Shown here: positions 27,702 through 37,714 of the stretch, piece after piece
Numbering within the stretch: the stretch's first letter is position 1
Layout of the letters: each line of letters opens with the position of its first letter
NCBI GenBank assembly: GCA_050011565.1
Contig: JBEKIW010000005.1
Coordinates: forward strand, 32,001 to 96,000
From: Dehalococcoidia bacterium
GTDB taxonomy: Bacteria > Chloroflexota > Dehalococcoidia > GIF9 > UBA5629
Reading direction: 5' to 3'
DNA: 64,000 nt
Notes under the pieces: generated by a model
The model's input: only the letters and a program-made list of their open reading frames with translations
Databases searched by the model: none
Told to the model about the DNA's origin: nothing
Translations under genes and position numbers: made by a program

Positions 27702-28436
27702 TTACAGCGGCGGAACAGGTGGCAGGCAGCGCTTATGCATGCTCCGGCTAATCTTAAAATCAATCTTTTCTTTAATTTTCGGCTTAGCTTTACCTGTGAT
27801 CAAGTAACGGTCCAGTTCATCATAGGTCAAGCCGAGCTCTGCTTCATCCGTCTGCCCATCCCACAAACCTGCCGAAGGCGGCTTGTCGATGATTTCTCTA
27901 GGTATATCTAAATACTCAGCCAGCTCTCGCACTTGCCTTTTTGCCAGGTTACCCAAAGGTATGAGGTCTGAGCCGCCGTCGCCATGCTTGGTAAAATAAC
28001 CAACCGATAACTCGCTTTTATTGCTGGAACCTACCACTAGATAATTTAGGCGGTTAGCCAAATAGTAAAGGGTGACCATCCGCAGCCTGGGTTTGATATT
28101 ATTTTCCGCTAGCTTCCTTGTGGTCGCATCATAACCTTCATCCGGCAAAGCATTAATCAAGGCATCGAATACTTCATTAAGAATAACGATTTTTACGGGT
28201 ATATTAAACTTATCAGCCACAAGCTCTGCATGCTCTCTATCGATGTCGCAACTGTGGCAGGGCATAATCACCCCCAAAGTTGCCTCAGGAAAAGCACGCT
28301 TACACATTACTGCGGCTACCGAAGAATCAATCCCACCGCTCATCCCCAGGACTACCCCTTTACCACCAGATGACGCGACCGTATTACCAATCCATGAAAT
28401 CAGCTTTTGCGCAAGTTCCTGAATTGAAGCCTGCAT
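27702..28436 (-). CDS. nadE: NH3-dependent NAD+ synthetase
   Basis: GMSGGIDS, NIKPRLRM, GYFTKHGDG, KPPSAGLW.GQTDE. Confidence 0.95.
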   Translation of the reverse strand: MQASIQELAQKLISWIGNTVASSGGKGVVLGMSGGIDSSVAAVMCKRAFPEATLGVIMPCHSCDIDREHAELVADKFNIPVKIVILNEVFDALINALPDEGYDATTRKLAENNIKPRLRMVTLYYLANRLNYLVVGSSNKSELSVGYFTKHGDGGSDLIPLGNLAKRQVRELAEYLDIPREIIDKPPSAGLWDGQTDEAELGLTYDELDRYLITGKAKPKIKEKIDFKISRSMHKRCLPPVPPL

Positions 28437-28437
28437 C

Positions 28438-28703
28438 CTAGCTGCCCCCACTCTTTTTTTCATCGGCTAGTGGAACGGCGAATTGCCTTAGCTTCGCCGC
28501 CATATCTTTCAACTTTTTATCAACTTTATAGTTGATGCTGCCCTCCGGATAGGTGCCATCTTCTTTTTCCTCACCTACGTCTATATCGGTAAGGACCTCT
28601 ATTCCTTCGTCAACACTGCTCGCGGCATATACATGAAGTTTCCCTTGCTTTACCGCATCAGTAACTTCTTCCCGTAACATAAGCGATCATGAACTCTGCT
28701 CAT
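28438..28703 (-). pseudogene. Remnant of a Lon-like (LonC-type) ATP-dependent protease gene
   Basis: Only the extreme C-terminus remains (MLREEV..AVK.GK.HVYA...VDEGIEVLT...DGTYPEGSIN..V); no AAA or catalytic region. Confidence 0.7.
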
Positions 28704-28844
28704 AGTGGAATAATCCTATTATACTACACCTTAGACGAAACTAGAGCACTTTATGTTAGATATTTTTAACGAAGGACTCTTACTAGGTGGGCGGTAGTTT
28801 GACGCAGCAATATTTCTTAGGTAAACTTCTAATCGGAGTGCAAT

Positions 28845-29081
28845 ATGCCCATTTATGAATATATATGTCCTGAATGTTCGTGCAAATTTGAATTGTTGCG
28901 CTCCTTAAACAAAGCCAACGAAGGTGCTTCCTGTCCTAAATGTCAGCACCACGCTAAACGGGTTTTTTCTCGCTTCGCTTCGTTTTCCAAGGGCGACAAT
29001 GGCGAATCCACACCGATAGCTGGCACCGGCGGCTCATGCTCCGGTTGCACCTCTTCCAGTTGCAGCAGCTGCAACGTATAG
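28845..29081 (+). CDS. FmdB-family zinc ribbon protein
   Basis: MPIYEYICPEC...FE...CPKC; Cys/Ser-rich tail. Confidence 0.9.
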   Translation: MPIYEYICPECSCKFELLRSLNKANEGASCPKCQHHAKRVFSRFASFSKGDNGESTPIAGTGGSCSGCTSSSCSSCNV

Positions 29082-29120
29082 ACTAGCCCTAACTTCCGAA
29101 TACCATCCGTTTGGTTAACT

Positions 29121-29807
29121 CTACGTCTTTCGGCCCGTTAACCTCAGGACACCCCAGGCGATACCGCCAATAAGCAAGGCTTCAAAGATAACAACGCCGT
29201 AGCCCAACAAGGCTGCATCGTAGAAAAATCCTTCGGGAAATAATCGAATCAGGTAGTCCCTGGCGGGGTCAAGCATCCAATATTGATTTGAAAAGCTTAC
29301 CAGGTGGAAAAGAATAAAAAATCGCTCGAAGCCAAAGAAGGCCCAAAGAGCCAGGATAATCATCAGTCCCACGGTGACTAAACTACCCCAAAATAAACCT
29401 CTAACCAGCATGCGCCATCCACTCTTGAAGCCAAAGAAGAGTGCCAGAGCGCAGACGGCCATTAATAGAAAAACCACCCTTTGCACCCAATAATCACGCT
29501 GGATTAAATTTTTCACATCCCCAAGATGAATTAGCTCCCGCTCATTAAACAGATTTAGCTTTTCACCACCCTTATCAACCGTAAGCTGCGCTGTATTCGT
29601 CCTCAAATCGAAGTAATCAATCAAATGTTGGGCTACCGTCCGTAATTGCTGGCTATCCAGACCGGTAGCCTGACTTATTTCATATTTATTGAAGCCATAT
29701 TCATAAAGCCTGAGTTCATTTACCTCCCAACAAATAGTGCCGGTGACGAGCAGCACCGGCAAGCAACAGGCAAATAACCAGTAGATTATTTTTTTTACGA
29801 CTTTCAC
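29121..29807 (-). CDS. TIGR01906/DUF1461 membrane protein (Lit-like)
   Basis: FNERELIHLGDVKNL and FILFHLVSFSN..W.LDP..D.LI.LFPEGFF motifs. Confidence 0.85.
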   Translation of the reverse strand: MKVVKKIIYWLFACCLPVLLVTGTICWEVNELRLYEYGFNKYEISQATGLDSQQLRTVAQHLIDYFDLRTNTAQLTVDKGGEKLNLFNERELIHLGDVKNLIQRDYWVQRVVFLLMAVCALALFFGFKSGWRMLVRGLFWGSLVTVGLMIILALWAFFGFERFFILFHLVSFSNQYWMLDPARDYLIRLFPEGFFYDAALLGYGVVIFEALLIGGIAWGVLRLTGRKT

Positions 29808-29956
29808 TTCACTCCCCAGAAATTAACATTGATAGTAGCCACTTCCACCATGCTGTGTCAACAAAAAAATTTTCGATTTTTTTCTTGACCTACTGAAGGC
29901 AGTACCCAAAACCCTGTGTTATAATTAGCAGCGAGTGTCTCAATAAAAAGAGCCCT

Positions 29957-32900
29957 ATGTTTACCCATCTTCACGTCCATACCGAGTACAGCTTACTTGA
30001 CGGTCTATGTCGCATTAACCAGGTCATTGCTAAAGCCAAAGAACTGGGCATGACCAGTCTAGCCATCACCGACCACGGGAGCATGCACGGTGTAATCGAA
30101 TTTTACCTGTCGGCTAAAGAAGCCGGAATAAAACCTATTATCGGTTGTGAAACTTATGTTGCTGAAACCAGCCGGCTAAATCGGAATGCCGGAGATAAAA
30201 CACCCAACCATCTGGTCTTGCTCGCCAAAAACCAGCAGGGTTACCATAATCTTATTCAACTGATTACCAAAGCCCATCTCGAAGGTTTCTATTACAAGCC
30301 GAGAGTGGACAAAGAGCTTTTGGCACAATATCATGAAGGACTTATTGCCTTGTCCGCCTGTGCTCACGGCGAGTTGCCTCGTCTTATTCTGGGAGGACAG
30401 CTCGAAGAGGCAGCCACACAAGCTTCATGGTTCAAAAAGACCTTCGACGATTATTATCTGGAAATCCAAAGACACCCCATTCCTGAGCTGGAACAAATCA
30501 ACAAAGGGCTACTTTCGCTGTCTTCGAAACTAGATATACCCATTGTGGCTACCAATGACGTACATTATGTCAATAAGGAAGACTCGTCTAGTCAAGAGTT
30601 ACTGCTCTGTATTCAAACAAATACCTCCATCTACGACGAAAAACGGCTCAAGATGGCGGGCGATTTCTTTTACCTTAAAAGCCAGGATGAAATGGTGGAG
30701 ATGTTTAGGGACCTACCCGAAGCCATACAAAATACGCAGAAAATAGCCGATATGTGCCAGTTAGAGATAGAGTTCGGGCGTCTTCATCTTCCTCAACTGG
30801 ATCTGCCAGGAGGCCAAACAGCGGACGATTACCTGGCTGAACTGTGCCGGCAAGGACTTAAACAACGTTTCCCTTCGGTAACACCAGAAATTCAACAAAG
30901 ACTAGCTTATGAATTAGAGGTCATTAAACAAACGCAGTTTGCCGACTATTTTCTTGTTGTCTGGGACCTCATCTCCTTCGCTAAAAAACAAAACATCCTG
31001 GTCGGTGTTCGAGGCAGCGCTGCAGCCAGTTTAGCTCTTTACTGTTTGGGTATAACTAACATTAATCCTTTAACTAACACGTTGGTATTTGAACGCTTCT
31101 TAAACATTGAGCGCCGCGAGCCGCCTGACATCGACTTAGATTTTCAAGACGACTGCCGGGATAAGATGATAAGCTATGTCACCCAAAAATACGGGCCTGA
31201 CCATGTAGCGCAAATTATCACGTTTGGTACTTTAGGTGCCAGAGCTGCGCTCAGGGATGTAGGCAGGGCTTTGGGTATGCCTTACAGCCAGGTTGACAGA
31301 GTAGCCAGGCTTGTAACCCCCAGACCGAATATAACTCTGGACCAGGCCATGGCTGAAAATAAGGAACTAGATGAAATTTACCACGAAGATAGTGCTATAC
31401 AAAACCTGGTTGATACGGCCAAGAAGTTAGAGGGAGTATCTCGTCATGCCAGTACCCATGCTGCCGGAGTAGTCATATCCAGAGAACCTTTGACGCAATA
31501 TGTGCCGTTACAAAGGGCTGCCAAAGACAACGACCAGGATATGACCATGACTCAGTTCTCTATGGAAAGTGTTGCCCGTCTTGGCCTGCTGAAACTTGAT
31601 TTTTTGGGACTGGCTAATCTTACCCTCTTAGCTAAAGCGCGAGAAATCATCGCCGAGAATCGCGGCATCACCATAGACCTGCAGCGTATACCGCTAGACG
31701 ATGTGGCGACCTTCCAATTGCTGACATCTGGAGAAACAGGCGGTATCTTCCAATTAGAAAGCGCTGGTATGCGTCGCTACATAAAGGAACTGAAGCCAAC
31801 CGCCTTCAATGACATCGCGGCTATGGTAGCTCTCTATCGGCCCGGACCGATGGAGCACATACCTACGTTTATTAAAGCAAAACATGGGATCGAATCAACT
31901 CGTTACCCTCATCCGGCCGTTAAGGAGATTCTAGAGGAAACTTACGGCGTCATCGTTTACCAGGACCAGGTACTTCATATAGTTCGAGCTTTAGCCGGCT
32001 ACAGTTTGGGGCAAGCCGATATTTTCCGGAAAGCCATGGGCAAGAAAATTCCCGAAGTGATGAAAAAGGAAAAACAAAATTTTATAAATGGAGCTAAGAA
32101 AAACGGCGTATCTGCTGAATTGGCCACTGAAATTTTCGCCTTGATTGAGCCTTTTGCCGGCTATGCTTTCAACAAGGCACACAGCGTGAGTTATGCCCTC
32201 ATTGCCTACCAGACAGCCTATCTTAAAGCCAACTACACGCTTGAATATATGGCTGCTTTCCTGAACACGTATGCCTTTCATTCAGATAGACTTCCTCCGG
32301 CCATTGCCGACTGCCGGCGACTGAATATTCCTGTTTTAGCCCCGGATATTAATAAAAGTCAAACTTCTTTCGCCATCGAAAAGGAGGACGGTAAAGCAGC
32401 TATCCGCTTCAGCCTGACTGCAATTAAAAATGTAGGCTACGCAGCCATCGAACCGATTATACTGGCTCGAAAAAAAGGCGGCGAGTTCAAATCCATAGAA
32501 GATTTTTGTCGCCGTGTTGACCTGCGTAACATAAATAAAAAGGTGATTGAGAGCTTAATCAAGGCCGGAGCCTTTGATAAACTTGCCTCGCGCGGAGCCC
32601 TCCTTCTGGCTATTGACCGAATCATATCTCTGGCACAATGGGAGCAACGGCTGAGGGAGTCTGGACAGACGAGTATGTTTGACCTGTGGGGTGATACGGT
32701 ACCAACGCCACTCCCCAACTTAAACCTGGACGACCTGGATACGCCCCTGAAAGATAAACTGGACTGGGAGAGAGAGCTGTTAGGCGTTTACGTCTCTGAA
32801 CACCCGCTATCCTCAATGGCCCCCGCACTGGCTAACGCTGCTACGGCGTTATGCGGCGGAATAGATGTCGAAATGGTGGGCGAGAAAGTGATTATCGCCG

Positions 32901-33418
32901 GCATGGTAACCTCTATCCGCCAACTCTATACCAGAGATAGGCGGCCTTTTGTCATAGCTACCCTCGAAGACCTCGACGGGAGCATCGAGGTTGCCGCCTG
33001 GTCCGAGGTCTACAGCCAGACAAAAGAGATGTGGCAAGAAGGTAAAATCCTGCTGGTTGAAGGAATGGTAAAATCCAGAGACGACCGCGCAACCATCAAT
33101 TGCTTTCGGGTGCGCCAATATCAGACCGATAGTGAAACGCTAAAGGAGACTGAGACTGCTGCCCCACCACCGGTGCCGCGTAAAATAGTAATCAATATTA
33201 CACAAGGCGAGAGAACAGAAGACGACGTAACACGCCTCAAAGAGGTCATGGATGCACTCGCCCGCTATCCCGGGCAGGATACCGTACTAATCAGCGTGGT
33301 CACCCCGGATGAATCGGTAAATATGAAAATGCCAAACACAATAAACTATTGCCCGGAATTAGCCAGGGAAATAGATGGCATACTGGGAGAGAACAGCTTG
33401 AAGTGGTATCTGAAATAA
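29957..33418 (+). CDS. dnaE: DNA polymerase III alpha subunit
   Basis: FTHLHVHTEYSLLDG PHP domain, PDIDLDF, GYAFNKAHS; no intein. Confidence 0.98.
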   Translation: MFTHLHVHTEYSLLDGLCRINQVIAKAKELGMTSLAITDHGSMHGVIEFYLSAKEAGIKPIIGCETYVAETSRLNRNAGDKTPNHLVLLAKNQQGYHNLIQLITKAHLEGFYYKPRVDKELLAQYHEGLIALSACAHGELPRLILGGQLEEAATQASWFKKTFDDYYLEIQRHPIPELEQINKGLLSLSSKLDIPIVATNDVHYVNKEDSSSQELLLCIQTNTSIYDEKRLKMAGDFFYLKSQDEMVEMFRDLPEAIQNTQKIADMCQLEIEFGRLHLPQLDLPGGQTADDYLAELCRQGLKQRFPSVTPEIQQRLAYELEVIKQTQFADYFLVVWDLISFAKKQNILVGVRGSAAASLALYCLGITNINPLTNTLVFERFLNIERREPPDIDLDFQDDCRDKMISYVTQKYGPDHVAQIITFGTLGARAALRDVGRALGMPYSQVDRVARLVTPRPNITLDQAMAENKELDEIYHEDSAIQNLVDTAKKLEGVSRHASTHAAGVVISREPLTQYVPLQRAAKDNDQDMTMTQFSMESVARLGLLKLDFLGLANLTLLAKAREIIAENRGITIDLQRIPLDDVATFQLLTSGETGGIFQLESAGMRRYIKELKPTAFNDIAAMVALYRPGPMEHIPTFIKAKHGIESTRYPHPAVKEILEETYGVIVYQDQVLHIVRALAGYSLGQADIFRKAMGKKIPEVMKKEKQNFINGAKKNGVSAELATEIFALIEPFAGYAFNKAHSVSYALIAYQTAYLKANYTLEYMAAFLNTYAFHSDRLPPAIADCRRLNIPVLAPDINKSQTSFAIEKEDGKAAIRFSLTAIKNVGYAAIEPIILARKKGGEFKSIEDFCRRVDLRNINKKVIESLIKAGAFDKLASRGALLLAIDRIISLAQWEQRLRESGQTSMFDLWGDTVPTPLPNLNLDDLDTPLKDKLDWERELLGVYVSEHPLSSMAPALANAATALCGGIDVEMVGEKVIIAGMVTSIRQLYTRDRRPFVIATLEDLDGSIEVAAWSEVYSQTKEMWQEGKILLVEGMVKSRDDRATINCFRVRQYQTDSETLKETETAAPPPVPRKIVINITQGERTEDDVTRLKEVMDALARYPGQDTVLISVVTPDESVNMKMPNTINYCPELAREIDGILGENSLKWYLK

Positions 33419-33425
33419 GCCGCTT

Positions 33426-33941
33426 TCAAACGGATTGCTCTAACTGAAGTAAGAACTTTTTTATTTCCACGCCGCCACCAAAACCACCCAGCCTTCCATC
33501 GCTGCCAATAACACGATGGCACGGGATTACAATCGGTACCGGGTTCCTCCCCAAAGCCTGTCCTACAGCTCTGGCTGCTTTGGGCAAACCTAGCTGTTTG
33601 GCTACCCATCCATAACTTCTCGTGTCACCACGAGGAATATTGCGAACTGTCAGCCACACGTTCTGTTGGAAGCGTGTCCTGCCGGATAAATCCAGCCTGT
33701 CAGCAAAGTCCACAGGCTCGCCACCAAAATAACGCTTTAGTCTATCGCACAGTTCATTAGAATAAGCCAGGTCTTGATTTTCAGCCTCGCAGCCGTAGGC
33801 TGTAATTTGGCCAAGCACCGCCTCTTTTGATTTAAGTGGTAAAATGACCTTTCTCAGTCCGTTAGGTGAGCCTACCACTCCTGTCCATCCCAAGCAGGTT
33901 TCACACACCGCAAAGGTTAATGTCTCAGCTTTCTTAGACAT
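33426..33941 (-). CDS. ogt: Methylated-DNA-protein-cysteine methyltransferase
   Basis: RAVGQALGRNPVPIVIPCHRV. Confidence 0.93.
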   Translation of the reverse strand: MSKKAETLTFAVCETCLGWTGVVGSPNGLRKVILPLKSKEAVLGQITAYGCEAENQDLAYSNELCDRLKRYFGGEPVDFADRLDLSGRTRFQQNVWLTVRNIPRGDTRSYGWVAKQLGLPKAARAVGQALGRNPVPIVIPCHRVIGSDGRLGGFGGGVEIKKFLLQLEQSV

Positions 33942-33964
33942 GTATACTACCTAAAATTTGCCGA

Positions 33965-34531
33965 TTAGCCGGCTAGTTCACTCAGTTGTGCAGCATAACT
34001 CTGATAGGTACTAGAATCATAAAGGACGAATAATACTTGCTGGAAGGACATCGATTCATCACGCAGAAAGGCAATCACCGTATCTAAAGCTACCTTGGCT
34101 GCCTCGGTTATCGGATAGCCATAAGCTCCAGTGCTGATGGATGGAAATGCCACGCTCTTAAGATTGCGTTCAGCAGCCAGCTTCAGACTCTCGCTATAGG
34201 CACTGGCCAGCAGTTCAGCTTCACCTTTGTTTCCGCCGTGCCAGACCGGGCCAACAGTATGTATAACATACCCGGCTTTAAGATTCCCGCCTGTGGTTAT
34301 CACTGCCTTGCCTGTGGGCAACCGCCCTATTCGGGCGATAATTTGACGGCACTCGTTCAAGATAGCCGGGCCACCAGCCCGGTGAATAGCACCATCCACA
34401 CCACCCCCACCCATCAGACCGGAATTGGCAGCATTAACGATAGCATCTGTTTCTTGCTTAGTAATATCTCCTTGCACCAGGCCAAGCCTTGCCTTGCCCA
34501 CAGTCATCTTATTGACTCCGCTCATAGCCAT
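33965..34531 (-). CDS. Macro-domain O-acetyl-ADP-ribose deacetylase
   Basis: GDIT, AIVNAAN, GGGVDGAIH, FPSISTGAYGYP. Confidence 0.93.
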   Translation of the reverse strand: MAMSGVNKMTVGKARLGLVQGDITKQETDAIVNAANSGLMGGGGVDGAIHRAGGPAILNECRQIIARIGRLPTGKAVITTGGNLKAGYVIHTVGPVWHGGNKGEAELLASAYSESLKLAAERNLKSVAFPSISTGAYGYPITEAAKVALDTVIAFLRDESMSFQQVLFVLYDSSTYQSYAAQLSELAG

Positions 34532-34544
34532 CTCACAGTGGATT

Positions 34545-35096
34545 TCAAGCCAACTCCGGCTCAATCAGCCCGTAATTACCATCGTTGCGGCGGTAGATCA
34601 AACAGAGTCTATCATTATCGGAGTTGACAAAGAGAAAGAACGAATGACCCAAAAGCTCCATTTGCTCCGATGCCTCCGTCACGGACATCGGCTTCACCGC
34701 GAATCGCTTTATTTTAACTACATTTGCCGAACCTCTATACTGCTTTTCTTCAATTGTGTCCTCTGAAGGTTGTCTCGCAAGAGAAAGGCCACGTTCTTTA
34801 TCATGCAGCTTACCCTTGTAGCGCTCGATCTGCCGCTCTAATACCTCAGCAACAGCGTCAACCGCTGCGCGTACCCCCTCTCCCCTCTCTTCCCCCCTCA
34901 ATATTACTCCTTTGCTGTTCAGAGTAACCTGTGCCGTATAGCGATGTTGAGGCGATTTAGTGTTCTGCTCATGTATTTCCACCTTAGCTTCAGTGATATT
35001 AGGCAAGTAGTGAGCCAATTTGCCAATTTTCTTCTGCGCATAGCTTCTAATATCCGGAGGGATTTCCATGTTCTTACTAAAAATTTGTAGTTCCAT
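34545..35096 (-). CDS. hpf: Ribosome hibernation promoting factor (long HPF/RaiA)
   Basis: N-terminal HPF domain plus C-terminal KPMSV.EA..QMELLGH.FF.F...Y.R.DGNYGLIE. Confidence 0.92.
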   Translation of the reverse strand: MELQIFSKNMEIPPDIRSYAQKKIGKLAHYLPNITEAKVEIHEQNTKSPQHRYTAQVTLNSKGVILRGEERGEGVRAAVDAVAEVLERQIERYKGKLHDKERGLSLARQPSEDTIEEKQYRGSANVVKIKRFAVKPMSVTEASEQMELLGHSFFLFVNSDNDRLCLIYRRNDGNYGLIEPELA

Positions 35097-35111
35097 GTTT
35101 TTATCTCCCTG

Positions 35112-35813
35112 TTAAATTTCCCTGGCCAAGCTCAAGCCCCATACCGAAACGGCTCCAGCAGCTTTAAGAGCCGCGGCACAGGACTCTAATGTGGCTCCCG
35201 AGGTGCAAACATCGTCAATTAAAATAAAAGTCTTTCCCTGCAGTCCGTCATGCTGACATCCGAAAGCTTTCTCAACATTCCTTCTACGCTCTTCAACAGT
35301 TGTCGTCCTGGCCTGAGGCAAGCTGTCCTTAAGCCGACATAAGTGACCTTCAATGACGGGCAGAGCCGTCAGTTTGCCCAGTTTCTCGGCCAAAAGACTC
35401 GATTGATTGTAGCCACGTTCCCTCAACCGTCGAGGATGAAGAGGCACAGGCACTAAGAGTTCGCCGTGCACCGGATTATCTCGCAGGTAATCAGCCATTA
35501 ATGAAGCTAAGCAAGCAGCTATTGACTTAAGATTACGATATTTCAAGTCATGTATGGCGCGGCGTACCGTTCCCTCGAAGCGAAAAACAGAACGAATGCC
35601 GTCGATATCAGTCTGTTGCCCCCAGCAAGCTGGACATAAAACGCCGCTTGACTCATGCTTACCGCACTTCTGGCAAAATGGCGGTAAAAGTCGTGGCAGT
35701 TTTTGACGGCAACCGGCACACAAGAGGTCGCCAATCTTTCCACAACCAACACAGCGTCGCGGAAAGAAAAAATCAACTATCTTCTCCTGGAGCTGCCCCG
35801 TCATTAAAGACAA
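35112..35813 (-). CDS. comF: ComF family protein
   Basis: Zinc-finger CxxC pairs, VPVPLH...RERGYNQS, LIDDVCTSGATL. Confidence 0.92.
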   Translation of the reverse strand: MSLMTGQLQEKIVDFFFPRRCVGCGKIGDLLCAGCRQKLPRLLPPFCQKCGKHESSGVLCPACWGQQTDIDGIRSVFRFEGTVRRAIHDLKYRNLKSIAACLASLMADYLRDNPVHGELLVPVPLHPRRLRERGYNQSSLLAEKLGKLTALPVIEGHLCRLKDSLPQARTTTVEERRRNVEKAFGCQHDGLQGKTFILIDDVCTSGATLESCAAALKAAGAVSVWGLSLAREI

Positions 35814-35861
35814 AGCGACTACACCAAAAGTACTGGAAAGCTACGTGACAACTTCGATGAG

Positions 35862-36077
35862 CTATAAGCGGGAGCGAGGATTAGGACCTGTCCCACTGAA
35901 AATGGGCTCATTCAGATATACGTCGCCATTCCTGATTTTAATGTTGTAACCACATTCAGGATTGGTACATACCCAGGCCTTGTAATGAATTGGCGCGCCC
36001 TGGCTACCAAAATCCGATAGCGGTACCAAATCACCGACCTTACATTTTAGACATTTTGGAAAGGAATTGTTTTCCAC
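35862..36077 (-). CDS. Small zinc-ribbon hypothetical protein
   Basis: AGGAGG RBS plus GTG; CLKC...CTNPEC. Confidence 0.7.
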   Translation of the reverse strand: MENNSFPKCLKCKVGDLVPLSDFGSQGAPIHYKAWVCTNPECGYNIKIRNGDVYLNEPIFSGTGPNPRSRL

Positions 36078-36208
36078 GATTCCACCTCCTCCAAGATTTG
36101 ATAGTATACACCAACCGCAGCCCCATGGCAAATTTTGATTAATCCTTTACAAGGTAACTGGCCTCTGCTAAACTTTTACTGTCAGTAAAACTGCTACGAG
36201 GAATTGAT

Positions 36209-36349
36209 ATGGGTAACAGAGATTTGAGATGGAGAGAGCGTAAAAAGGCTAAAAAGGGAGCCCGAAAGCCGACTACCACCATAATCACACCGCAAGTAGA
36301 AGTGGAAGTCATTAAGAAGGGTAAGAAGACACCTCCTCCGGAAGAATAA
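36209..36349 (+). CDS. Small basic hypothetical protein (46 aa, not in the ORF track)
   Basis: GAGG RBS; MGNRDLRWRERKKAKKGARKPTTTIITPQVEVEVIKKGKKTPPPEE*. Confidence 0.6.
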   Translation: MGNRDLRWRERKKAKKGARKPTTTIITPQVEVEVIKKGKKTPPPEE

Positions 36350-36352
36350 CTG

Positions 36353-36466
36353 ATGGCCGCTTATTTGGAGCTTTACCGTAGCGGTAAGCTTGCTGAGCGT
36401 GTAGAAGCAGCCAGAGCTAGGATGTCCGACTATTGTCAGAACGATTTAATCAGGGCAATAAAGTAG
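36353..36466 (+). pseudogene. N-terminal remnant of a PflX-like radical SAM gene
   Basis: MAAYLELYRSGKLAERVEAARA resembles the PflX-family N-terminus; stops after 37 aa, before any Cys motif. Confidence 0.55.
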
Positions 36467-36517
36467 AAACAACTGGCCCTTCCAACAAATCAGAGATGGA
36501 GGTTAAATAGAGATAAA

Positions 36518-36802
36518 ATGCCCGAATTAGCCTATCTAACAGCTACAGTTTACGGCCACGTTAAAGGCGTCTACTACAGGGCGTACACTTCGCAACTTGC
36601 CAAATCCCTTAGCTTGCGGGGCTACGTGCGCAACATGCCTGAATTGAACGCAGTTCAAATTCATGTCGAGGGGCCGAAAGAAAAACTGGAGGAGCTGTTA
36701 AGACACCTCGAGGTAGGGCCACCAGAGTCCGTAGTAGACCATATAGATGTAAATTGGTCTGCTTTCAGCGGGCAATTTTCCAACTTTGAAGTTAGATACT
36801 AA
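36518..36802 (+). CDS. acyP: Acylphosphatase
   Basis: VYGHVKGVYYR, GYVRN, GPP.S.V, F..FEVRY. Confidence 0.88.
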   Translation: MPELAYLTATVYGHVKGVYYRAYTSQLAKSLSLRGYVRNMPELNAVQIHVEGPKEKLEELLRHLEVGPPESVVDHIDVNWSAFSGQFSNFEVRY

Positions 36803-36855
36803 TCCAGGCGGTTTCGGGTAATAAGAGTAACAGGTTTAACTATCGTGCGGCTATT

Positions 36856-37587
36856 TCAGGCTTCAAGTTCAGACTTGCCGGCTTCAATCATGGCCAGATA
36901 GCTGGTTGAAAATCCACTCGCCTGCGCAGCTTCACGGTCGACCTCATACGGCTCCCCGGCAATTATTTTCCCGTATTCCTCCGTCTTACCTTGAGGCGAA
37001 TTGTCCGCGCCGATAAATATCTGGCGAGCATCAACAACGCCTAAATCAAACGGTAGGGTAAAATAGAGGTCGGCAATCACCTTGTCTATTCCCAATTCGT
37101 ATAGTGTGCCCCAGCCACTGGGAGCATCACCCCGATACTTACTTACCGGCAGCAAACTCAAAAGGTTGGGCACACTGAAGTGACCTCTTCCACCCATAAT
37201 TTTAAACGGGGCTACACTGATTAGATAGTCACTGGAAAGGACCACATTAGGGACCCAAAATGTGGGGACAACAAGAGGATGAGGCAGGGGATTTTCTACC
37301 TCTACCCAAATACAATCCCTGACATCCAACATCAGAACCCTCGGGAAATCGTAACCTAGAGCTTGATATATAGGATATATAGACTCTCCGTTGTGTGTTC
37401 CTTCAAGTATGATAATGTCGGCATCACTGACTTGCTTAATGCTTTCTATTATCATGTTCATAGTCTCTCGACTGGTGCTAATGGGGTAAGCCATGGGATG
37501 ACCGGCATTAGGCTTGATTAGCACGCGTCTGGCCCTTGCCACCAAAGGCGGCGGCTGAAAAACAAACTCGGATGCTTCGAAAATCAC
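36856..37587 (-). CDS. DUF362 domain protein
   Basis: RVLIKPN, IIILEG, SDYLISVAPFK pattern. Confidence 0.7.
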   Translation of the reverse strand: MIFEASEFVFQPPPLVARARRVLIKPNAGHPMAYPISTSRETMNMIIESIKQVSDADIIILEGTHNGESIYPIYQALGYDFPRVLMLDVRDCIWVEVENPLPHPLVVPTFWVPNVVLSSDYLISVAPFKIMGGRGHFSVPNLLSLLPVSKYRGDAPSGWGTLYELGIDKVIADLYFTLPFDLGVVDARQIFIGADNSPQGKTEEYGKIIAGEPYEVDREAAQASGFSTSYLAMIEAGKSELEA

Positions 37588-37714
37588 CTCTCAGTCCTCA
37601 CTTTTACATTTTGGTGCAAACCCGATTCTCCAAATTTTTATATACTTCCTAAACCTTAAGGTTTAAAACCGCGCCAATTCAACATTGCTACCTGACAAAA
37701 AAGTTCATTTCTAA

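Noticed and set aside
26588-33418. Inteins or introns in recA or dnaE
   Set aside because: Both have normal length, continuous motifs and no splice-junction signatures.
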